From positions 1-57,050 of the forward strand of contig MWEZ01000002.1 of NCBI GenBank assembly GCA_002071335.1: DNA of 57,050 nt. Reading direction: 5' to 3'. The position numbers were made by a program, and so were the translations under genes. This document shows, one piece after another, positions 1 through 7,803 of this stretch; position 1 is the first letter of the stretch; the number at the start of each line of letters is the position of its first letter. Under the pieces are notes generated by a model that did no database searches, was not told the origin of the DNA, and saw only the letters and a program-made list of their open reading frames with translations. The stretch comes from Verrucomicrobia bacterium ADurb.Bin018. Its GTDB lineage: Bacteria > Verrucomicrobiota > Kiritimatiellia > CAIQIC01 > Lenti-01.

Positions 1-1
1 A

Positions 2-769
2 GACCACAAATCACCGACCAACTGCTATCCCTGCAAGGAGTGGGAAGCCTACGGCGACGGCACCGGCAAGTGGGTTCTCTATCCTCGTGGTACCACACCG
101 AATAGATGCGCCGGCGACACCACGGACTACACCTGCAAGGAATGCGACGGCAAGGGAGAAGTGGGAAGTAAAAAGGATGGTACCCAAGAACTAGGAAAGG
201 CGCCTTCTGGCGCGAACTGGAAGTGTTGTGGGGGACAGCCCATAGATCCCAACTGGTATGACTGTTGCAACGGAAAGCCCCGGCATTTATACACTGAGAA
301 ATGTTGTTGTGATAAAGAAGTGTACGATCCAACAAAACAGGGATGCTGCAAGACTGAGAATACAACCCCAAGTCAGCTGTGTAGACTCACTAACAACCCG
401 GAAGAAGATGCCGATCCCTGTTCTTCGTTTGAGCCCCGATCTTCATTAACGGTGGGTCATGTCATCTGCTATAATGGGCAACCGTATGCTTGCACCTTTC
501 CGCAGAATTATCCACAAGGCTGGCCCGCATCCGTCATGGATACTTGCATAACACGACATGAAGAAACACACAAAAGTGACCCCCGCAGGACGAAATGCTA
601 CAAATGTACGACTTATGCTGCCGGCGCGCCCCCCAGCAATCACGATGCCTCAGAATGCGATGCACATAAAGAGGAACTGGAATGCGCCCAAGGATATCCA
701 GATGACATTCCCGGTATCAAAGAATATATAGAAAGCATTGAGATAGGTATTTCTAAGTACTGCCGGTAA
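2..769 (+). CDS. Cys-rich protein, C-terminal part (5' end runs off the window)
   Basis: Frame 2 is open from nt 2 with no stop before the listed GTG at 161, so the ORF is cut by the window edge. It has CxxC (CYPC) and CxxCxGxG (CKECDGKG) motifs. Four 13-aa repeats begin with vicinal Cys (CC-X11-CC-X11-CCC-X11-CC). HEETH (HExxH) lies near the C-terminus. GC is visibly lower than in core genes. Confidence 0.55.
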   Translation, partial: DHKSPTNCYPCKEWEAYGDGTGKWVLYPRGTTPNRCAGDTTDYTCKECDGKGEVGSKKDGTQELGKAPSGANWKCCGGQPIDPNWYDCCNGKPRHLYTEKCCCDKEVYDPTKQGCCKTENTTPSQLCRLTNNPEEDADPCSSFEPRSSLTVGHVICYNGQPYACTFPQNYPQGWPASVMDTCITRHEETHKSDPRRTKCYKCTTYAAGAPPSNHDASECDAHKEELECAQGYPDDIPGIKEYIESIEIGISKYCR

Positions 770-806
770 ATCTATTTCATCAACACCAGTAAAAGGCCTG
801 AATCTA

Positions 807-1889
807 ATGAAAACATCTTTCTTACTCATCACCTTTTCGGCGCTGTACTGCATTGTCACTACGGGGCAGGAGATAAAGTCGGAAATCGGCATAAAAGACA
901 TCTCTAAGCCTCACTCTGAATTATCTGTGGCACGCGGCAAACTGGTTTCTTTTAAAATCCAAGAAAACCCCAGACTCTTTTCGTATGCGATCTACGATCT
1001 GTTGTCCATAAATCGAGGTCCGTTGAATGGCAATACCGTTATGGCACATTTTTATGCCTCCACCCTCCAAGAACCCTTGCCGGAAGATGCCATACTCATT
1101 CTACATACACTCCACTATAATGACATTCAGAACACACGCACCTATTGCGCCGCCGGATTGGAAGCATGGCGGGGCGTTCTGCCATTCTCAGAGGAAAAAT
1201 GGAGCGAAATATGTGAGACGCCATCCTCAGTTCTTGGTCAATCATCTCCCGAAGACCGCCTCCCACTGGACCGCGCAATCCAAATTGCGAGCCAAGCGGC
1301 GAGGCGTCATTATGAACAAGACGGCCTCTCTGTCCAACAAACCCAATTGGATGACAAGGCATTGCGAAACAACTTTTCATGGGTGATTCCTATCGCAGTG
1401 ACTGTCCTTGATAGAAAGCACATGGGCATTTACTGGCGAATCATCGCCCTTGTTAAAATTTCCGACACAGGCGTCCTTCTCGATTATTACCCTGGGCGAG
1501 AAGCTGAAGAAGTGTACGAGGATGGAGCATCCACAGACGAAAAACTCGCTTTGCTCAATAAATATACAATCGAACCGGCAGAGGCCAAAGGGCTCACCGC
1601 ACATAAGGTGATCTGCAAAAATGCTTCTTTTTCCATTCCTGAAATCAATCTGGAAGACAACTATGACGCTGTGTCCGAATGGGGTCTCATGGAGGAGGAA
1701 GTGTCTCCCCTGGCCCAAAACTGCCCTTATATCCAATGGGTTCGTTCGTTGGATCCCGAAAAAGACTTTGTGCTTTTTATCGGAATTCTTGATGGGCCAG
1801 AGTCTCCTTGGCAATATTTGGACGCCGCCACGGCAAGGAACGGTATTCGAATTGGCTATTCATTGCAGAAAAGCAGCGTAGTCCCATAA
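807..1889 (+). CDS. hypothetical secreted protein
   Basis: 360-aa ORF with a signal-peptide-like N-terminus MKTSFLLITFSALYCIVTTGQ. No family recognised. It shares the lower GC of the upstream ORF. Confidence 0.55.
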   Translation: MKTSFLLITFSALYCIVTTGQEIKSEIGIKDISKPHSELSVARGKLVSFKIQENPRLFSYAIYDLLSINRGPLNGNTVMAHFYASTLQEPLPEDAILILHTLHYNDIQNTRTYCAAGLEAWRGVLPFSEEKWSEICETPSSVLGQSSPEDRLPLDRAIQIASQAARRHYEQDGLSVQQTQLDDKALRNNFSWVIPIAVTVLDRKHMGIYWRIIALVKISDTGVLLDYYPGREAEEVYEDGASTDEKLALLNKYTIEPAEAKGLTAHKVICKNASFSIPEINLEDNYDAVSEWGLMEEEVSPLAQNCPYIQWVRSLDPEKDFVLFIGILDGPESPWQYLDAATARNGIRIGYSLQKSSVVP

Positions 1890-1951
1890 GAATAAATAGG
1901 GACATCAATGTGGGATGCGGCAAGGATGGCGGATGTTCAACAGGGCGGCCC

Positions 1952-1979
1952 TTGACAGATTGCGCGCATAGGCATAATT
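1952..1979 (+). promoter_or_regulatory. candidate sigma70-type promoter (TTGACA, 15-16 nt spacer, CATAAT/ATAATT) facing the IS and rhomboid gene
   Basis: TTGACA at 1952-1957 and cATAAT at 1973-1978, read directly. The spacer is short (15 nt) unless ATAATT is used (16 nt). Confidence 0.3.
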
Positions 1980-2043
1980 GCTCAAAACTGATTGGCGATC
2001 GCAATACCAGCCCATTTGTCCCGCATCATCCTTGCCGCGCACG

Positions 2044-2057
2044 CTCAACGCAAGCGT
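2044..2057. repeat. 14-bp direct repeat CTCAACGCAAGCGT, left copy, abutting the IS end
   Basis: The identical 14-mer recurs at 3330-3343, immediately outside the other IS end. Confidence 0.85.
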
Positions 2058-3329
2058 GGCGAATTACAAGCAAAATGGATCAGCGATTTAGGCAACGGCA
2101 AGAAAAGCTTCATGAGCGGTTGCTCCTTGTAAGATTTGACGGGGGATAGAGTTGATAAAGTTCTGAAGCGCTCGTATGGCCTGGACCGAGACACGACGGA
2201 AGTCAGTCCCCTTCGGGTACCAGCGGCGAACATGCCGATTGGCGTTTTCAACGGAGCCCTTTTCCCAAGCGGCATAGGCATGGGTGTAATAGACTTTCAA
2301 ACAGGCATTGATCTTGGAAAAGAGGGTCTCGATCTGGCGAGCGTCGAGGAACTCGCAACCATTGTCCGTCGTGATGGAAAGGACCTTCTTCATCTGTCCG
2401 CTGCGGATTAGGTAACGCAAGGCCCGCAAGACTTCGAGCTGGCTGATGCGACGTAATTTGACAATGAGATAGAAGCGGGTCTTGCGTTCGATCAGGACCA
2501 GTAGGCCGCCTTTGCCATGAACGCCGGAGACCATGGTATCCATCTCCCAATGACCGAATTCGTCGCGGAGGGAAAGGTCAGGCCGGTCTTCAATGGACAG
2601 GTGGTACGGTTTTTTCCAGGCTCGCCGGACAGTCACGCATCGTTTAGTTCGCCGCTTGGGATGGTAGGGCGTTTCGCCGTGAAGAATCCCGATATCGCCA
2701 TGATTAATATGGGCATAGATGGTGCTGAGGGCGGGGACAAAAGGCAGCCCTTCGGCGAGCAGCTCCTTGCGTGCATGGGCCGGAGATTTTCGTTCGTTTT
2801 TGATTTTGATGGCCAAAAGACTCGCGATGAGGTTCGTGATGCGCATGCCCCGGCCCTTATTCTGAGCTCCGGCACGAATGTGGTCTTGGGCGATATGTTC
2901 CGAGTACTCCCAGTACTCCTTGTCCTGATGCAGAACCGGTTGAGCGATGCGGCCGCGGAGGATCTCCCTGTGTAACGTGCTGTACGGCAGACCGATCCGG
3001 CTGGCCAGTTCGCGGAGAGAAAGACGTTTATAGGCCGGCTGTCGAAGGTTCTGATTGTAGATCATGGCGATCTGCTCGCGATCCTTGAACGTCAAATGCT
3101 GGCCGGGGACGTGGTGGAGGGTGTATGGTCTAGTCATTGGGAGTTCCTTTCCTTTTGTCGGTTGGTTTTGTGTTCACTTGACATATAGGGATTGGACTCC
3201 CTTTTTTCGCGCCAAAATTTTGCCGCCCCCCTAGGGGGGCGCCTCGGCTCTTTGGCCAGGGCTTGGGCACCGTCAGGCGCCCCTGTTCAGACCATGGCCG
3301 GACTGATCCATCTCTTTGTGGAATTATCC
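2058..3329 (-). mobile_element. IS30-family insertion sequence (1272 bp)
   Basis: Single transposase ORF. The imperfect terminal inverted repeats are GGCGAATTACAAGCAAAATGGATCAG (2058-2083) and the reverse complement of 3303-3329, GGATAATTCCACAAAGAGATGGATCAG. The outer GGnnAATTnC block and the inner ATGGATCAG block match. The element is bounded by a perfect 14-bp direct repeat. Confidence 0.85.
2088..3137 (-). CDS. IS30 family transposase
   Basis: 349 aa with an N-terminal HTH region. The DDE-type core carries IS30 hallmark stretches HWEMDTM, TTDNGCEF and YAAWEKGSVENANRHVRRWYPKGTDF. Confidence 0.92.
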   Translation of the reverse strand: MTRPYTLHHVPGQHLTFKDREQIAMIYNQNLRQPAYKRLSLRELASRIGLPYSTLHREILRGRIAQPVLHQDKEYWEYSEHIAQDHIRAGAQNKGRGMRITNLIASLLAIKIKNERKSPAHARKELLAEGLPFVPALSTIYAHINHGDIGILHGETPYHPKRRTKRCVTVRRAWKKPYHLSIEDRPDLSLRDEFGHWEMDTMVSGVHGKGGLLVLIERKTRFYLIVKLRRISQLEVLRALRYLIRSGQMKKVLSITTDNGCEFLDARQIETLFSKINACLKVYYTHAYAAWEKGSVENANRHVRRWYPKGTDFRRVSVQAIRALQNFINSIPRQILQGATAHEAFLAVA

Positions 3330-3343
3330 CTCAACGCAAGCGT
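3330..3343. repeat. 14-bp direct repeat CTCAACGCAAGCGT, right copy
   Basis: Identical to 2044-2057 and directly follows the right IS terminus. Confidence 0.85.
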
Positions 3344-3378
3344 TTTGAATATGGTGGCGCAATTGGCTGGCGGGCGGT

Positions 3379-4206
3379 ATGGTGAGGCGCATGAGTTTCC
3401 AGTACGAATCCTATCCGCCGCGCGCCACGGGCTTCTTCGACCGTCTGCCACCGGTTTGCGCGTGGCTGATCAAAGTCAACGTGGCTGTCGCGCTGGTTTT
3501 CTTTTTGCTGCCGGGGTTGCGCAATCTGGAAACGCTCTTGGCGCTCTCGCGCGCCGGCCTGCGCCACGGCTATCTCTGGCAACCGGTCACCTATATGTTT
3601 TTGCATGGCGGCTTCACCCATCTGCTCTTTAACATGTTCACGCTTTATTTTCTGGGCCCGGAAACCGAGCGCGCCATGGGCTCCAAGCATTTTCTGGCCA
3701 TGTATCTCATCAGCGGCGTGCTTGGCGGCCTTGGCTGGCTTTGGCTCATGCCCATCCCGTGGGCGGAATGCGTCGGCGCATCTGGCGCCATCTTCGGCGT
3801 GCTCGCCGCGTTCGCCACGCTTTATCCGCGTCGCCAGCTCACCCTCCTGATCTTTTTTATTTTTCCAGTCACCATGATGGCCTGGCAACTGGTCGCGGGC
3901 CTGGCCTTGATTGAGTTCATTCTGGCTAACAACGACAACTCCGGCGTGGCCCATACCGCACACTTGGCCGGTGCGTTCGCGGGATTCCTCTATATTGACC
4001 AGCTTTTCGAGAATGCCCACCTGCGCCGCCTTTGGGCCCGCCTGCGCGATTACGTCGCCCAGCGCCCCCACACTCCCCGCGCTGGCCCCCCGCCCCCCGA
4101 CCAAGCCGAAGTGGGCCGCATCCTCGACAAAATCTCCGCCCAAGGCATCCAATCGCTGACCAAGGCCGAGCGCCAAACCCTGCACCGCGCTTCCCGCACG
4201 TTTTAG
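3379..4206 (+). CDS. rhomboid family intramembrane serine protease
   Basis: Polytopic membrane protein with the catalytic GASGAIFG (GxSG) motif and the downstream HTAHLAGAFAGF His motif. Confidence 0.85.
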   Translation: MVRRMSFQYESYPPRATGFFDRLPPVCAWLIKVNVAVALVFFLLPGLRNLETLLALSRAGLRHGYLWQPVTYMFLHGGFTHLLFNMFTLYFLGPETERAMGSKHFLAMYLISGVLGGLGWLWLMPIPWAECVGASGAIFGVLAAFATLYPRRQLTLLIFFIFPVTMMAWQLVAGLALIEFILANNDNSGVAHTAHLAGAFAGFLYIDQLFENAHLRRLWARLRDYVAQRPHTPRAGPPPPDQAEVGRILDKISAQGIQSLTKAERQTLHRASRTF

Positions 4207-4293
4207 GCGCCGCCACCGCGCGTCGACGACCTCTTTCTTGCACTTTGCCCCCTCGTGGAGCATATTCCCTCCACTTGAAAAACGGAGCCCCTC

Positions 4294-5955
4294 ATGACCC
4301 TCAAACTTGAAAAACGCGCCAACTACACCCCGCCCAAAGGGCCGGTCGTCCTCATCATCATGGATGGCGTCGGCATTGGCAAATACACGGAGGGCGACTT
4401 TGTCCGCGCCGCCTGGAAACCCAATCTCGACTGGCTAATGGCCAACTGCCCCCACACCACGCTCAAAGCCCACGGCCGGGCCGTCGGCATGCCGACGGAC
4501 GAAGACATGGGCAACTCCGAAATCGGCCACAACGCCATCGGCTGCGGCCGTGTGTATGATCAGGGCGCCTCGCTCGTCGCCAAAGCCGTCACCTCTGGGT
4601 CCCTCTTTGCCGGCGCGACCTGGCGCAACATGATTGCCAACGTCAAAGAGCACAACTCCACGCTGCACTTCATCGGCCTATTTTCCGATGGCAACGTCCA
4701 CGCGCACATTGACCACCTCAAAGGGATGCTCGGGCAGGCCAAGCAGGAAGGCGTCAAACGCGCCCGCATCCATCCACTGCTGGACGGCCGGGATGTCCCG
4801 CCCACCTCCGCGCTCGATTACATTATCCCCTTCGAGGAATTTCTCGCCGGCCTCAATGCCGATGGCACCGTGGACTATGCCATTGCCTCCGGCGGCGGCC
4901 GCATGAAGGTCACCATGGACCGCTACGAAGCCGACTGGCGCATCGTGGAACGCGGCTGGAAAACCCACGTCCTCGGCCAAGGCACGCTCTACCCCTCCGC
5001 GCAGGCGGCCATCGAAGCCCTGCGTCGCGAAAACCCCGGCATCCTCGACCAAGACCTCCCGCCGTTTGTCATCGGCAAGGATGGCCAGCCCATCGGCCCC
5101 ATCGAGGACAACGACTCCGTCATCCTCTACAACTTCCGCGGCGACCGCGCCATCGAGCTGACCCGCGCGTTTGAGGAAGACGACTTCGCGCACTTCGACC
5201 GCCAGCGCCGCCCCAAGGTGCTCTTTGCCGGCATGATGCAGTACGATGGCGACGCCAACATCCCGAAATCGTTTCTCGTCGAGCCCCCGCGCATCACCCG
5301 CACCATGGGCGAATATCTCGCCGACACCGGCGTCCGCCAGCTCGCCATCAGCGAGACGCAAAAATTCGGCCACGTCACCTACTTCTTCAACGGCAACCGC
5401 GCCGAAAAATTCAGCGAAGAACTCGAGGACTACGTCGAAGTCCCCTCCGACCGCGTCCCCTTCGAGCAGCGCCCGTGGATGAAGGCCGCTGAAATCACCG
5501 ACAACGTCATCGAGGCCATGAACTCCGGCAAGTACCGCTTCATCCGCGTCAACTTTGCCAACGGCGACATGGTCGGTCACACCGGCGTTTTCCCCGCCGT
5601 GCAAATCGCCGTGGAAACCGTGGACCTCTGCCTGGGCCGCCTGATTCCCGCCGCCCAGGCCGCCGGCGCCATCCTCGTCATCAGCGCCGACCACGGCAAC
5701 TCCGACGACATGTACGAGCACGCCAAAGATGGTTCTGTCATCAAGGACAAAGCCACTGGCCGGCCCAAGGCCCGCACCGCGCACTCTTTAAACCCCGTAC
5801 CCGCCATCATCTACGACCCCAGCAACGCCGCCGGCGTCAAACTGACGGACAAAAAAGGCTTGGGCATCTCGTCGCTCGCCGCCACCTGCCTCAACCTCAT
5901 CGGTTACCAGACTCCGGAAGGCTACGACCCTTCGCTCCTCGAAATCGGCAGCTAG
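4294..5955 (+). CDS. gpmI: 2,3-bisphosphoglycerate-independent phosphoglycerate mutase
   Basis: 553 aa. Typical iPGM N-terminus (VVLIIMDGVGIG) and metal/phosphoserine motifs (GNSEIGH, ADHGNSD). Confidence 0.95.
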   Translation: MTLKLEKRANYTPPKGPVVLIIMDGVGIGKYTEGDFVRAAWKPNLDWLMANCPHTTLKAHGRAVGMPTDEDMGNSEIGHNAIGCGRVYDQGASLVAKAVTSGSLFAGATWRNMIANVKEHNSTLHFIGLFSDGNVHAHIDHLKGMLGQAKQEGVKRARIHPLLDGRDVPPTSALDYIIPFEEFLAGLNADGTVDYAIASGGGRMKVTMDRYEADWRIVERGWKTHVLGQGTLYPSAQAAIEALRRENPGILDQDLPPFVIGKDGQPIGPIEDNDSVILYNFRGDRAIELTRAFEEDDFAHFDRQRRPKVLFAGMMQYDGDANIPKSFLVEPPRITRTMGEYLADTGVRQLAISETQKFGHVTYFFNGNRAEKFSEELEDYVEVPSDRVPFEQRPWMKAAEITDNVIEAMNSGKYRFIRVNFANGDMVGHTGVFPAVQIAVETVDLCLGRLIPAAQAAGAILVISADHGNSDDMYEHAKDGSVIKDKATGRPKARTAHSLNPVPAIIYDPSNAAGVKLTDKKGLGISSLAATCLNLIGYQTPEGYDPSLLEIGS

Positions 5956-5986
5956 CCCCCCCATGCGGCAACGCGCGGCCCATCCC

Positions 5987-6174
5987 TTTTCCATGGCGTG
6001 GAAAAAATATTTCCACACTGTGGAAAAATCGGTCCAAAGTTGTTCCATTGTGTGGAAAAATCGCCAAAACTTTTTCCATTGCGTGGAAAAATCGCCAAAA
6101 CTTTTTCCATTGCGTGGAAAAATATCACCCCATTTTTCCACACTGTGGAAAAAAGATTTCCACACTGTGGAAAA
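5987..6174. repeat. array 1 of palindromic repeats (7 units, core TTCCA-N5-TGGAA; best units TTTTCCACACTGTGGAAAA)
   Basis: Cores at 5989-6003, 6011-6025, 6043-6057, 6074-6088, 6105-6119, 6136-6150 and 6158-6172. Centre spacings are 22, 32, 31, 31, 31 and 22 bp. The array includes a tandem copy of a ~31-bp unit (6057-6121). Confidence 0.9.
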
Positions 6175-6477
6175 GTGCGAGGCCCGCCCGTGAGCTGGCT
6201 GACGGACACCCCCGCCGGCGCGGTGCTGACCCTGCGCATTGTGCCGCGCGCCGCCAAAAACGCCATCGTGGGCGAACATGGCGACGCCCTCAAAATCCGC
6301 CTTTGCGCCCCGCCCGTGGATGGTGCCGCCAACGCCGCGCTAATTGAGTTTCTGGCCGACGCCCTCGCCCTCCCGCGCGCGCGCATCCAAATCCTTTCCG
6401 GCGCCACCTCGCGCCATAAGCGGGTTCTCCTTGCCCAAGCGCCCGCTGCCGCTATCCGCTCTCAACTCCAACCCTGA
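6175..6477 (+). CDS. DUF167/YggU-family protein
   Basis: The C-terminal ~95 aa ([44 protein letters not shown]...[14 protein letters not shown]) match the YggU/UPF0235 pattern. The track ORF start (5998) lies inside the repeat array, so the start was moved to the in-frame GTG at 6175 (alternative GTG at 6190). Confidence 0.7.
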   Translation: MRGPPVSWLTDTPAGAVLTLRIVPRAAKNAIVGEHGDALKIRLCAPPVDGAANAALIEFLADALALPRARIQILSGATSRHKRVLLAQAPAAAIRSQLQP

Positions 6478-6567
6478 CTTCTGACCTCTGACTTCTGACC
6501 TCTTTACTGAACCCTGAACCCCGAACCCTGAACTCTTTACTGACCTCTGAACTCTGACCTCTGACCT
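6474..6567. repeat. ordered heptanucleotide tract: three blocks of four CTGA(C/A)(C/T)(T/C) heptads separated by CTTTA
   Basis: Blocks at 6474-6501, 6507-6534 and 6540-6567, with spacers at 6502-6506 and 6535-6539. The tract spans from the yggU stop codon (TGA 6475-6477) to 7 nt before the hypD ATG. Confidence 0.9.
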
Positions 6568-6574
6568 CCTTCTA

Positions 6575-7669
6575 ATGCTCCACCTCACCGAATACTCCAA
6601 CTCCGCCACCATCCGCGGCCTTGCCGCGGAGATCGCGCGCATCTCCCGGCGACCCGCGCGCATCATGGAAGTCTGCGGCGGCCAAACCCACGCCATTTTG
6701 CGCCACGCGCTGGACACGCTGCTGCCGCCGCACGTCCATCTGCTCCACGGCCCCGGCTGCCCGGTGTGCGTCACCCCCGGTGATTACCTCGACCACGCCA
6801 TCGCCATCGCGCGCCAGCCTGGAACCATCATCACCACCTTCGGCGATTTGCTCCGCGTACCTTCGGCCACCCACGGCGACCTCTTCGCCGCCAAGGCCCG
6901 CGGCGCGGATATCCGCATGATCACCTCCCCGCTGCAAGCCTTGGACTTCGCCCGCGAGCAGCCGGAAAAACAAGTGGTGCATCTCGCCATTGGTTTTGAA
7001 ACCACCGCGCCCGCCAACGCCATGCTCGCTTATCTGGCGCGCGAGCGCGGCCAACGCAATGTCTCCCTGCTCGTCTCGCAGTTTCTGGTGCCCCCCATCC
7101 TGCGCCACATCAGCGCCGATCCGGCCAACACCCCCGATGCTTTTTTGGCCGCCGGCCACGTCTGCGCCATCATGGGCTCCGCTCCCTACGAACCGCTCGC
7201 CCGCGAACTGCGCCGCCCCATCGCCATTACCGGTTTTGAACCCGCCGATATTCTCCTCGGTGTCCTCGCCGTCATCCGCCAACTGGAAGCTGGCGAAGCC
7301 CGCATGGAAAACATGTACCCCCGCGTGGTTCATCCCGCCGGCAATCCCGCCGCGCAAAAAATCATGGATACGGTATTCCAGATCGCCGACCGCGAATGGC
7401 GCGGCCTGGGCATGGTCCCGCAGAGCGGCCTCGCCCTCCGCCCCGAATATGCCGACCTCGACGCTGCCCAACGTTTCCCTGTCTCTTCATCGCCAGTCGC
7501 CGTCGCCAGCAATGCCGACTGCCCCGCCGCCGATGTCCTTTTGGGCAAACTCGAACCCTGCGATTGCCCGCACTTCGGCACGCGCTGCACCCCCGACCAC
7601 CCCCTCGGCGCTCCCATGGTCTCCCCCGAAGGCCCCTGCGCCGCCTACTACCTCCACCGCCACGGCTGA
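6575..7669 (+). CDS. hypD: [NiFe]-hydrogenase maturation factor HypD-like protein
   Basis: 364 aa colinear with HypD: IMEVCGGQTHAI, HGPGCPVCVTP, GFETT, AGHVCAIMG and a C-terminal Cys cluster (C..CDCPHFGTRC..C). Confidence 0.85.
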   Translation: MLHLTEYSNSATIRGLAAEIARISRRPARIMEVCGGQTHAILRHALDTLLPPHVHLLHGPGCPVCVTPGDYLDHAIAIARQPGTIITTFGDLLRVPSATHGDLFAAKARGADIRMITSPLQALDFAREQPEKQVVHLAIGFETTAPANAMLAYLARERGQRNVSLLVSQFLVPPILRHISADPANTPDAFLAAGHVCAIMGSAPYEPLARELRRPIAITGFEPADILLGVLAVIRQLEAGEARMENMYPRVVHPAGNPAAQKIMDTVFQIADREWRGLGMVPQSGLALRPEYADLDAAQRFPVSSSPVAVASNADCPAADVLLGKLEPCDCPHFGTRCTPDHPLGAPMVSPEGPCAAYYLHRHG

Positions 7670-7803
7670 CTCTCCACACGCCACGCCGCAGGCGCGCGTG
7701 GCGCTGCTTGGGCCCGCCCCAGCAGATGGCCAGCGCATATTTTTTGCTGTTCATTTGCTGGCTATTGCCGAAAATGGGGGTTCATTTGAAAGAAGGCACA
7801 CCT

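Noticed and set aside
1899-2043. Inverted-repeat pairs upstream of the IS: GCGGCAAGGATG (1916-1927) with CATCCTTGCCGC (2027-2038), and GGGACA..AATG.GGG with CCCATTTGTCCC, in a non-nested X-Y...X'-Y' order
   Set aside because: The 12-bp match is perfect, but the arrangement does not form a simple hairpin or element termini. I cannot distinguish it from chance or a relic without genome-wide comparison.
3303-3329. The right IS30 terminal repeat contains TGTGGAA, resembling the palindrome-family half-site
   Set aside because: Only 7 nt match, the left IS end lacks it, and no second half-site is present. This is most likely coincidence.
5987-6174. CRISPR-array interpretation of the three repeat arrays
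   Set aside because: The units are 19-21 bp palindromes separated by only ~1-20 bp, and some flanking sequence is itself repeated. There are no unique 25-40-bp spacers, no leader and no cas genes in the window.
5788-6477. ORFs spanning the palindrome arrays with recurring peptides FHTVEK/FPHCGK (also 22574..23066 and 56675..56983)
   Set aside because: The repeated peptides appear in several frames and on both strands, simply because the DNA is a palindromic repeat. These are translation artefacts.
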